Source of the DNA: Thecamonas trahens ATCC 50062
Taxonomy: Eukaryota > Protista > Apusomonadida
NCBI RefSeq assembly: GCF_000142905.1
Contig: NW_013657656.1
Location: forward strand, 217,758-281,757
Reading direction: 5' to 3'
Length of the DNA: 64,000 nucleotides
Every line of letters begins with the position of its first letter. Within the stretch, counting starts at the first letter, position 1. The position numbers and the translations under genes are program-made. Below, in pieces: positions 1-10,229 of the stretch. The notes below the pieces were generated by a model, which saw only the letters and a program-made list of their open reading frames with translations, did not search any database and was not told the origin of the DNA.

Positions 1-975
1 ACCGCCTCTACCTCCCCTCGCCCCCCCTCCCCTGCCCTGCCCTGCCCCTCCTTCCTCTTCTCCTACACATACGTACTCAGCTTAGGCACAGGCTGGGTAT
101 CCCAGAACTTGTGCGAGTCGTCCGCCATAGTTCCTTCCTCTCTCACAGACGTCGAGATAAGTGGCCCACACTCTCTCCCTCGCTCGCTCCCGTCGCCCGC
201 CCCGCCTCCACGACCTCACCCATACTCTTCATCACAGCTAGCATCTCCGGTACAACTACCATCACAGAATGACAGCACATATCCCTCCCTCTCTCCCGAT
301 CCCGATCCCCACCTTCATGTCACCATCGTCATCCATGCCCCCCCCTCCGTTCCGCATCATGCCCATGGCTGTGCCTGTCCTTGTGACATGGACCACTCAC
401 TTTTGATGATCATCAGTCAGACAAGGTCGCCACCGTCCTTGCCTCCCCCCCCCCTCCTTTCCCCCCCTCCCCATGCTCACCATCACCATCCACCACCCCT
501 CCCACCCTCCCACACCCCATCACCCACATCCGATCCCATCCGATCCCCTTCCCCACACCCACACAACACCACTATCCCTCCCCATCCACCATTCCTTCCA
601 CCTGCGATTCGAAAGACACTACCAACCACAGCGACAGGCACAGGGGGGGAGGGGGGGNNNNNNNNNNNNNNNNNNNNNNNNNNNNNNNNNNNNNNNNNNN
701 NNNNNNNNNNNNNNNNNNNNNNNNNNNNNNNNNNNNNNNNNNNNNNNNNNNNNNNNNNNNNNNNNNNNNNNNNNNNNNNNNNNNNNNNNNNNNNNNNNNN
801 NNNNNNNNNNNNNNNNNNNNNNNNNNNNNNNNNNNNNNNNNNNNNNNNNNNNNTAGGGGGGCAAGGGGCAGGGGTATGGCTACACACACACACCTCCACA
901 CCACTACCCTCACCGCCACCCCCCTCCCCACAACCACCAGCCTCCCCATCCCCCCTCCCCCCGCCCCCCCCTCCC

Positions 976-2433
976 ATGTCTTCCGTACGCACCCCTTCCT
1001 CCCTCCCCCCCTTCCCCCCCTCCCGCCCTCTCCCGCTCTCACCCCCCCTCCCCCCGCACCATCTACAGACATCCACCAGCAACCGCGGTCTACAGGGCTT
1101 CTGCGACATCAGCAACGGCGATCTCTGCCTCAAGGACACAGTCTCTGCCCTCGAGTGGGGCCCGCTCCTCGCCGCAACCACATGGGATGGCTCGCTCCAG
1201 CTGGTGAGCTCCGACCACGCTGCTAACCCGCGTGTCTTGCCGCCTTCCTCCTCGCCCGCAGAGCGGTTCTGCTCGCTCTCGCTCAACTCGCCGCTGCTCT
1301 CGCTTGCTTGGGCAAACTCGCAGGACGCCATCTATGTCGCTGGTGGCCTCGGCTCGGTCATCGCCGTCGATGTGGCGAGAGCAGGCGCTGGAGGAGCGTC
1401 GTCGTCGGCGGCGTCGTCGTCATCGGCGGCAACGGCGGCCGCGGCCGCTGCTGACGGAGGCCCAGCGATGATTACCGGCTCGTCAACGCTCGGCTTGACT
1501 CACGGCGGCGTGTTCAAGGTCCGGACCGACAAGTCCGGAGTCCTCGGCCACTCGGTCATCTCCGCCGACTGGAGCAACACATTGGCGTTTTGGGATCCAC
1601 GGACCCACGCCGAGGCTGTGGCATCGGTGGCCGTGCCCGGCACAACCGGAACGCCGCCGGTGGCGAACCAAATGAACGCGCTGTGGAAGCGCGAGTCGAT
1701 GTCGACCACGAGTACGTCTCGGACCCGCATGCTGCGGTCGTCGGTGCTGAAGCCGTACGGCACTGTCGCCATCGCCGAGAGCCTCATCGCCATGGACGCG
1801 CGCTGGCCTTTCATCGTCGCCGCCACAGACCAGCGGACTTACATCTACGACATGCGCAATATGTCCGACGTAGTCTGCGCCTCGCCGGGCATCCGCAACA
1901 AGCCCTCGGAGCTGGCCATCTCCTCCAACACAGACGGCTACATCATCGGCTCCATCGGCGGCCGCTGCGCCGTCGAGCCCATGAGCCAAGACAACCGCTC
2001 TGCGGCCTTCTCCTTCAAGTGCCACCGCAACCGCAGTGCCGGCCAGTTCTACGCCATCACCGACATTGCCTTTGATCCCTCCTACCCCACCTTTACCACC
2101 GCAGGCTCGGATGGCTCCATGCACATCTGGTGCCATCGCTCGCGCCAGCGGCTCCGCAACCTCAACACCCTGCCTGCACCCATCACCGCTGTTGCCTACT
2201 CGCCCACAGGCACCCACCTTGCCGCCGCTCTCGGCTACGACTGGCACAAGGGCGAGCCGTCTGGCCCCGACCAGGCCTCACTTCCTCGGCCGCGCATCGC
2301 CACCATCGAGCTCAACACCAACTGGCGGACACGGGCTGTCAACAACCAGAGCTGGATCTCCACCCAGGACATCGGCACCTCCAACCGCGTCCACGCAAGC
2401 GTCGATCCACCGTGTCTTGCCTTTGCCTTCTAG
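976..2433 (+). CDS. RAE1: Rae1/Gle2 (Bub3 family) WD40 protein; probable exons 976-984 and 1069-2433
   Basis: Motifs GSIGGRCAV, FSFKCHR, TAGSDG and GYDWHKG match Rae1 (GSIEGR, FTFKCHR, YDWSKG). The upstream part of ORF 109..2433 is low-complexity or gap sequence. ATG TCT TCC is followed by GTACGC...CTACAG. Confidence 0.75.
   Translation: MSSVRTPSSLPPFPPSRPLPLSPPLPPHHLQTSTSNRGLQGFCDISNGDLCLKDTVSALEWGPLLAATTWDGSLQLVSSDHAANPRVLPPSSSPAERFCSLSLNSPLLSLAWANSQDAIYVAGGLGSVIAVDVARAGAGGASSSAASSSSAATAAAAAADGGPAMITGSSTLGLTHGGVFKVRTDKSGVLGHSVISADWSNTLAFWDPRTHAEAVASVAVPGTTGTPPVANQMNALWKRESMSTTSTSRTRMLRSSVLKPYGTVAIAESLIAMDARWPFIVAATDQRTYIYDMRNMSDVVCASPGIRNKPSELAISSNTDGYIIGSIGGRCAVEPMSQDNRSAAFSFKCHRNRSAGQFYAITDIAFDPSYPTFTTAGSDGSMHIWCHRSRQRLRNLNTLPAPITAVAYSPTGTHLAAALGYDWHKGEPSGPDQASLPRPRIATIELNTNWRTRAVNNQSWISTQDIGTSNRVHASVDPPCLAFAF
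985..1068 (+). other. Spliceosomal intron, 84 nt, in frame and stop-free
   Basis: GTACGC donor, CTCTCAC branch ~27 nt before CTACAG, C-rich body. Confidence 0.65.
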
Positions 2434-2526
2434 CCGGCCACCGACCACAGTAAAGTCGCCTGTCAAGCACCGCCGCCGCCACCAGCCGCTGCGCCACCAC
2501 CTCACCCCCTTCTTTCGCATGACTGC

Positions 2527-3327
2527 ATGACCGAGCCCACCCCCACAGCCATACTCGACGCCGCCCTCACAGACGTCGACCTCGCGCCGTTTGCACCGCT
2601 CCTGGCCGCGCCCGCCACCGCCACCGCCCTTGCCGTCTCGTTCACCGCCGTGGCCGCCGCAGACCCCGCCGCGGCTGCGGCGGCGCTCTCGCGCTTGCTG
2701 CTCGCTGGCGGCACCCGCAGGCCCGGCAGCGGCGCCGAGGCGGCAACCGAGGCAGTGGCCAAGGCCCGATTGGGGATTGAGGCTCTCGGATGCGGCCTGC
2801 TGCAGGGCGAGGCGTGCGCAACCGCTGTCACCGGCTTTCTCGAGAGCCTCGCCGTCTTGGCCGAGATGGCCGAGGCGACCGGGTGCGAGCTCCAGCTGGC
2901 ATCGCTGGTCGCCGGCTTGGAGCTGGCAGTCGACGCCATGGCCCGCCTCGCTCTGGATGCGCGGTCGCCACAATACGATGCCGCGGTTGTGGCGCTCTTT
3001 ACCTCGCGGCTAGTGGGATCGCTCTGGGGCGCTAGCGGCGTCCTGCCGCGGCTCACTCGAGGCGGGCGAAGCAAGCTGCTGGCCACCGAGCCGCATCTGG
3101 TCGACACGCTTGTCTCGTGCGCGGTGGTGGCTCTCGCCCGCGGCAGCGGAGGCGCACCCGAGACGTGGCTCGACATCCTCGTTGCGGCGTCAGAAGACAT
3201 CCCGTGGCTTGCGCCGCGCATCGGGGCTATGGTCGATGCGCTGTGGTCCGAGGCGGCGTCGCGCGACGCGCCCCAGATTGTTGACTTTCTCACGGCGCTC
3301 CGAGCGCTGGCAAGGTCGGACGCATAG
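2527..3327 (+). CDS. Hypothetical helical (ARM-like) protein, 266 aa
   Basis: ATG-started ORF with typical GC3 codon usage and amphipathic Ala/Leu helices; no family recognised. Confidence 0.55.
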   Translation: MTEPTPTAILDAALTDVDLAPFAPLLAAPATATALAVSFTAVAAADPAAAAAALSRLLLAGGTRRPGSGAEAATEAVAKARLGIEALGCGLLQGEACATAVTGFLESLAVLAEMAEATGCELQLASLVAGLELAVDAMARLALDARSPQYDAAVVALFTSRLVGSLWGASGVLPRLTRGGRSKLLATEPHLVDTLVSCAVVALARGSGGAPETWLDILVAASEDIPWLAPRIGAMVDALWSEAASRDAPQIVDFLTALRALARSDA

Positions 3328-3334
3328 CTGGAGC

Positions 3335-4654
3335 TCACGGGACGGCCTGGTCGGGAACAACGCCCGAAGCGACGAGCAAACCGACGAGCGCCTCGTAGTT
3401 GTCCTCCAGCCTGCGGTTCGATGCCTCGAGCGCCACGAACCGGGCTAGCATGGCGATCTGGCTCTGGAGCAGCGCCTCCATCTGCTGCAGGCGGTGCGAG
3501 TGGCGGGCGCGGAGGTCGGCGACTTCGACCGAGTCGCGGCGGGTGAGCCGCGGCGAGCCGAGCGGTGCCGCCATGTCGGCGATCTCAGCGCGGACTTCCG
3601 CGAGCTGGTTGTTGAGCACCTCCATCGGCGACGTGCGCGCATGGCTACTTCCATGCCCTAGCACCGCCTTTTCGCGCTCACGCAGCTTCTGTGGAAAGAG
3701 CGAGCCGCGATGACCCGACCGCGACCGCTGGCCCGACCGCGAGCCCGACCGCGACCGCGACGAGTTTCGGCTCGAGTTGGCTGACGACGTCCCGCTCGTC
3801 CGCCCGCGCCGCTCCGGCACCGCCATCGGCAGGTGGCCGCCGTAGCTGCTCGTTCCGGATGATGACCGCTGTATCAGCCGCGGTGAGAGCATCGGAACAA
3901 CCGGCGGCGCTGCTCCGCCGGCTGTCACTGCCTCCAGCGCCTCGCCGCACGGCAGCTCTGAGCTGGAGGACCAGCGCGCGTCGCGCGGCGGGCGTGCCCC
4001 CGCCCTGCCACCCCGCTTACCACCGCGTCCCCTCAGCCCTCCTCTCGACGGCTCGCCTCCGACGCATTCAGCTGCGGCGCCCGGCCCACCGCGATGGTCA
4101 AACACCTTGCGTTCCTGCTCCTTGCGCTTGGTGATGCGGGCAATGAGCTGCTGGCGGTCCCAGATCGAGTCCCCGGCGTCGCCACCGGCCTCGGCCCCGT
4201 CGCCACCGCTGCCGGCTTTCTCGCCGTCGCCGCCCCCCGCCTCGCCCCGCTTGGTCGAGCCGATGACCCGCATGGTCCCGTCGTAGCCATCGACCCGGAC
4301 CCGGGCACTTGCCCCGGCTGGCCATGCACCACCACGCGCGTGGGTGAGTCTTTGTGATGTGCAGCCTGCGTACACCACCATTGCCACGCACCGCCAACCT
4401 GCTAATCCCTATCCCTTGCCAATTCCTTGCCCCGCGATGCGGCGTCGACTGATGCTTTGCCCCGCGATACGTCTGTGTCCGGCGGCTGGCGCGGTGGCGG
4501 CGTGGCGTAGTCTGGCCTCGCCCATCCTGACCCACGCCCGCTCCGCCACCCCCTCCCGCACCCCCGCCACCCCCTCCCCGCCACCCTCCGCCACCCGGCC
4601 TGCCGTACGGTGTAGACTCTTGGCGGGCGAGCTGCGCGGCACCGGAGTAGTCAT
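3335..4654 (-). CDS. Hypothetical Ser/Arg-rich protein with C-terminal coiled coil; exons 4654-4609 and 4317-3335
   Basis: Splicing GTACGG...GACTCAC...GGCCAG joins MTTPVPRSSPAKSLH-P to GASARVRVDGYDG in the correct phase; C-terminal heptads. Confidence 0.6.
4318..4608 (-). other. Spliceosomal intron, 291 nt
   Basis: GTACGG donor, ACTCAC branch, CAG acceptor; phase 1 is consistent. Confidence 0.6.
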
Positions 4655-4908
4655 GCTCACACCGTCCACACACCGCGTGCTGGTGCCCCGAGACAACAAC
4701 TCTGTTCTGCGGCCTGGGGGCCAGCGTGGCTGCCAAGTTCGTGCCACTTCGACACGTCCCGCCCCACTCCCCCCCTTGCATCGCGTGTGACAAGCACAGC
4801 CACTGACCGAACCTTTACATCGAAACAATCGTAGCCGACCAAAGCCCCGCACACATTGTCCTTGCGTTGATGGCGACAGGCCGAGTGCACCAGGTCTCGA
4901 CTGGATGC

Positions 4909-6533
4909 TCAGGCGGTGGTCGGATCCCAGACCCGCAGCGGATGGGCCTCGGTGTTGAACACCCACTCGTTGAGTGGGATGACCGAGTCGTCGGTGAAGA
5001 GCAGGTAGAGGTACTTGAGGGTCTCGGCCAGAAAGTACGACGGCTGGGCATCATCCCAGGTGCGGGCCGTGGTGAGCGTCGACTTGAGGCCCGAGTAGCC
5101 ACCGCTCGGCACCTTGCACATCTTCTCGAGAGCGAGAAAGACGGCCCAGCCCATGTCGCGGTACTGCTGGTCGTGTGTCAGACGCCACATGATGAACATC
5201 GACTCGACGGTCTCGGGCCGGAGCAGGTAGTACGGGGCACCGGCAACAAAGTCGTCGCCACCGGCGTTAAAGTTGACAAACTCGGGCGCAATGCCCGACG
5301 GCGAGCGCGCGTAGAGCTGGTGGCAGGTCTCGGTGATGGCGGCACCAAGGGAAAAAACCTCATCGTCGAGCTGGTGGCTCTCGGCGCCGAGCGCGAACAT
5401 GCCGCCGAGGAAGCACGCGAGATGATCCATCTTGTGGACGAGGCGATTGCCCATGCGCTCGGCGACGTAGGTGAGGCCCGACTTGGTGCTTCGCGCCACC
5501 AAGTGCTGCCGGATGCCGGCCACGGTCTCGTCGTACATGCGGCGGTACTTGGGCTCGGTCTTGGACGTGAGGAGCCACTGCTTGAGCAGGTACTCGTAGA
5601 ACGAGTCGCCCAGTGCGCCGAGCGAGATCTGGTTGGTACGGAAAGTGCCGGTGTCGAGCGAGACATACAGCGGATAGAGCCCGTCGGGCGTCGGGAGAGC
5701 ATCGAGGAGGTCAATGACCTTCTCGGCAGCCTTGGCGTACTTGTCGTCGCCTGATCGCTGCGAGAGGACCTTGAACTCGAGCTGCATGGTGCCCATTTCC
5801 GAGAGGATGCCGCCGCCGGCAGCCCATGACTGCGGGCGGCCCTGACCGGTGGCGAGGTCGATGAGCCCATTCGGCAGACCCGTCGGCGTCTTGAATGCTT
5901 CCAGCAGCCGGTTGCCCAGGTCGATGGCCTTCTCCAGGAACACGGCATCGCCCGAGAGGTCGTAGGCCGAGAGCAGGCCGCCGAGCGACCGGATGTTTGT
6001 CTCAAAGGTGGAGACAAAGCCGCGCTTGTCAAACGTCAGCACATCGGCCACCCATCCGCGAGCCTTGGCAAACTCGTCCGAGAGGCCCATGATGTGCAGC
6101 GTGGAGAGCGCGTCGAGCACCGTTGCGCCCGACCCACCGAGCCAGTTGGACGCCGACTTTGAGACCGGCTTGAGATCATCGGCGCCCCATGCATGCTCGA
6201 CATACCCACCCCAAGCGTGCTTCATTGCCTCGCGCACCGCCCGCATCTTGTCTGCGTCGGCGCCTGGCCCGGCAACCGCAGACGAGGTCGAGGTGGTGGT
6301 ATCAGCCGGAGGGGGAGGACATGGGCATCACGACCGCCACCGTCACCTGCGGCAGCCGAGCCACCTGCACCACCGCCTGTCGGACCTGTGGACGCGAGCG
6401 AGGTCGTGGGCGGGACGGAGACCGGCGAGAGCTCAGGGAGGAAGAGGACGACAGACATACACATGGTGCAGAGGAGACAGAGGGCCACAACCATGAGGGT
6501 CGCCGACGACGGCAATAGTCTCCCTGCGGCCAT
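4909..6533 (-). CDS. Class I alpha-1,2-mannosidase (GH47), type II membrane protein; frameshift near 6311-6315
   Basis: HAWGGY...WGADDLKP, STFETNIRSLGGLLSAY, DSFYEYLLK, YLLRPETVES, SYFLAETLKYLYL, FNTEAHP. The N-terminal TM anchor lies in ORF 6222..6533 in another frame. Confidence 0.92.
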
Positions 6534-7014
6534 GGCGTGGTTTGGGGTATGGTGGTGTTGTGGTGGTGTGGTGTGGGGGATGGGGTGGCGGTGGTGGGGT
6601 GGTGGTGTGTGGGGTGTGAGTGCGACGTGTCACCAAAGTTGGGCGGGAGGGGGGGGGGGNNNNNNNNNNNNNNNNNNNNNNNNNNNNNNNNNNNNNNNNN
6701 NNNNNNNNNNNNNNNNNNNNNNNNNNNNNNNNNNNNNNNNNNNNNNNNNNNNNNNNNNNTGACGCCCATCCTCCCCGAACAATCCAAATCCCGCGCGTGC
6801 AGGTCAGACTCATTATATTCACGACAGACTATATTTAATTTGGTAGAGGGGGGCGAGTGCTGGGCGACAAGCAGAGCGAGAGAGTGAGCGACCTCGCGAC
6901 CACAAGCCCCGAGAGTGGCCCCCCCCCCCACTACTATTACCCCCCCCCCACACACAGCACTTTTCTTCTTCCCTTCCCCCCTCCCCCCCCCCCCCCCCCC
7001 CCCTCGTCCCTATC

Positions 7015-8041
7015 ATGCGGTTCATTTCCCGCCCAACACCCGCGGCTCCACTCTGCCTTGACGGCTACACGGTGTTCATGGTACGCTCTCCTCCTCCTCC
7101 TCCTCCTCCTCCCCCTCCTCCCTCTCGCTCACCCCACCCCTCCACACACACACACACACTCACACACACTCTCTCACACAAACTCAAAACACACACACAC
7201 ACAGCCATCGCTCTCTATCGGCAACGTGGGCCAGCTGACGGCAGACATCCTCGTGGCATCGCTCGACATGCGGCTGGTCGGCTCGCTCGACACCGATCTG
7301 GTCGTTCCTGTTGTGGGCGCAGACCCGTACCACGCACCGGCGGCATCGGCTGCTGCCGCTGCTGCTGTTGCAGCGACAGCATCAGCTTCTGCGACGCCGG
7401 ACGCACCCACGCTGGACGATGTGACAGGAATGGCGTCAGCGCTGGACGTGTATGTGGCCGATGAAGCCCGGGTGGCAGTCATCCAACAGCGGGCGCCGCT
7501 GATCAAGGGCAAGCGCGCTATCTTTGCTACTCGGCTTGTTGGCTGGCTCTCCAAGGCACAGGCAACGGCGCTGGTTTGGCTCCACTCGGCCGACGCGGCG
7601 CTGCGACTGGAGGCTGAGATCGACGATCCGATCCAGCTCCGGTACCAGGCCTCCGAGCCTTTCGGCGTGGCGTCAGGCGCGGCTCTCGCGGCCCTGACCG
7701 ACGCTGGTGTCTCCCAACTCACCCGTGATCCCGAGGTTCTTCCGCTTGACGCTGTGCCGACCATTGATCCGGCAACCGTCCGCGACGAGGTCACGCCCTC
7801 GCGCTCGGGCCTGCATGGGCTCTCTGCGCGGGTTTACGACGCCGCGGTCGCGACAGAGCTCCCGGTTCTTGTTGTCCAGGCCTTTGCCGCCGAGGGCGAC
7901 AACATCCGCGACGCCCTTAACATGGCCTCGCTCCTGCACCAGGCGTTTAACTTCCCGCTCACGACCAGCCAGTGGACGGTCCCGCCGTCGTGGGCGCTGC
8001 TGTTTGGCGGTCACATGACCGATCCGACTCTGTTCATGTAG
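7015..8041 (+). CDS. PSMG2: Proteasome assembly chaperone 2; exons 7015-7080 and 7205-8041
   Basis: Spliced N-terminus LDGYTVFM|PSLSIGNVGQLTADILV; FAAEGDN; C-terminal WTVPPSWALLFG. Confidence 0.88.
7081..7204 (+). other. Spliceosomal intron, 124 nt, containing (CCT)n and (CA)n microsatellites
   Basis: GTACGC donor, CTCTCAC branch, ACAG acceptor; splicing restores the PAC2 motif. Confidence 0.85.
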
Positions 8042-8094
8042 TATCTTTCGTGTGCATGCCGGTACAAAGGGATAAACTGCATAGCAAGCTCGAC

Positions 8095-9991
8095 TCAGGC
8101 AAAAGCCTCCAGCTCACCGGCCGACAAGTCACCGAGATCGTCGTCAACTGCCGAGAGCGGAGTGCCCGGCGACGGAAGCGAGGCCCGCCGCGTCGTCGGC
8201 ACCGCCAGCAGTGTGTCGGCCATCGACTGCAGCGAGATGCCGAGGTCGTCAAAGAGCTCCGCCACAATCGCCATGTTCTGCGCAATCGTCGCCGCGTCCA
8301 GCGTCGGTAGTCCTAGCACGTCCGAAGTATGGTCGGAGAGCACGATGCGGTCGGTGTCGAGGAGCGAGTGCGAGCCGGTCTTGCGGCCGAGCCGGAGCCG
8401 CCCGGTGTTGTGCGACTGCATGAGCTCGAGCGACTCGTTCAGCTCGCGTGGGTGCGGCGGGAGGCCACCCGGCAGCCGTAGATGGCCGCCCCCTGCCCCG
8501 GCTCCAGGCCACCCATCACCGCCACCCCCACCGCCGCCACCACCACCGCCTGAGCTCCCACCGCGCGATCCGTGGCCGAGCTCCGAGTTGCGCCGCGCAA
8601 GCAGCCGGCGCGCACGCTCACTCCGGGCCGAACCCCCGCCCGAGTCAATGCCCGAGTCGACACCGTCGGCCGAGAGCTCACCGGGCCGGCGCGCCGGTAG
8701 ACCTGCGCCGAGCGGCGGGTACCGGGCCTCGGATGCCAAGGCATCAACCGACGGCACCGACGCGAGCAGAAGCGAGCTCGATGAGCGGGCCAGATCTGAT
8801 GTCGACGCCTGCGATGAGCGCGGCACATAGTCCGGGCTTCCGGTCAGCTGGGTAAAGACAAGCCTGAGGGCAAGCGCTGAGTTCGAGGTGCATTCTTGGA
8901 GGAGGAACCGCCGGAGCCGCGGCGGCTGCCCAGGAAGGGCGCCGGACCAACCAATAGCCTCGGCGAGATCGATGTCCACAAGGCCCAGCTTCTTTCGCTG
9001 CCGCCCGCCCTTCAGCTCTTGATGCACCGTCAGCCTGAGCACCTGCGAGTTGAGCGGCTCGGAGAGGTCGCGCGAGGTGAGCGTCGTCACAAACTCAAAG
9101 ACCTCGCCGTACTCGACCCGGTAAGAGTCGATGCGGACCGGCTCGGTCGAGCCCGACGCCGACCGCGAGCCGCCGATCACCTTCCATCCGACAAGGATTG
9201 TGGCGTTGATGAGTGGGACGTCGTTGAGCGAGTCAATTCGCAGCTCCACGTCAAACCGATACTGGCGCTTCTTGCGCTTGCCACCCCCGCTCGCGGCTCC
9301 CACCATGGCCACCTCCATCTCCGACACCCGATCCTTGGCCTTGGTCTTGGTCTTGGCCTTGCGCCTCTCTTTGACCTTCTTCTCCTCCTTGATCTTGGCC
9401 TTTGACTTGTCTTTCTTGACCTTGACCTTCTTGACCTTGACCTTCTTGACTTTGACCTTCTTGACCACTTCAGCAGAGCGAGGGGAGTCTCCGGCCAGCG
9501 GAGCGGGTTCCGGCTGCATGTGCACACCTTCAGGCACAGCCTCAGGCTCCACCGCTTCTGCAGCAGGATCGAGGTCTCCCACGACCGGATCGACCTCGCC
9601 TCTGGCACCCACAATCCCGACTAGCGGAGCCTCTACAGTTGCAGCGACAGCAACACGATCGAGTTCCCACCCCACCCGATCCAGACGCCGTCACATCGGG
9701 TTCGGGCTCGGCGGCCACCGTCACAACCATGTCCTCTGCCACAGCCTCCTCCTTTCCTTTGCCCTTGCCCTTGTCCTTCTCCTTACGCACTCGCTTGACC
9801 TTCTTCTTCTTCACCCGAACCCGCCTCGGCGACACACCTTCGACAGCCGCCTCCTGGCTCTCGTCCGCCCCACCTCCACGACGACCGCCACCTTCACCGC
9901 GGCCGCTGCCACCGCTGCCGCCACTGCCACCGCTGCCACCACTACCGCTACTACTTCCTCCGACATCACCTCGTCTGCGGAACCACGGCAT
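8095..9991 (-). CDS. NT-type C2 domain protein (EEIG1/FAM102-like) with Lys-rich N-terminal extension; frameshift near 9666-9668
   Basis: KKRQYRFDVELRIDSLNDVPL...LRLTVHQELKGGRQRKKLGLVDIDLAE...NSALALRL. The upstream MPWFRRRG...KKKKVKRV frame joins if one G is added. Confidence 0.75.
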
Positions 9992-10229
9992 GGCACGCCA
10001 ACGTCCACGCCAACGTCCACGCCCACGCTCACCGTCGTAGTCGAGCGTGCCTCCCTCCCCTTCCCTCCCCCGTTCCCTGTCGCCGTGCCGAAGCCGGCCA
10101 CCCAGCAGCAGCCGGCAGCCGTCAGCTGGAAGCCGGTCAACCAAGCCTGTGACCGTGACTCCTCCCAACTCTCCTCTCCCCCCTTCCCCCTCCCTCCCCC
10201 CCCCCCCCCCCCCCCCCTCCACGCCGCCA

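Noticed and set aside
109-975. Pro/His-rich N-terminal extension of the Rae1-like ORF
   Set aside because: It is translation of C-rich low-complexity DNA running through an N-gap.
6760-6930. U1/U7 snRNA
   Set aside because: Only an Sm-like heptamer is present; the U1 5' end and loop II motif are not visible.
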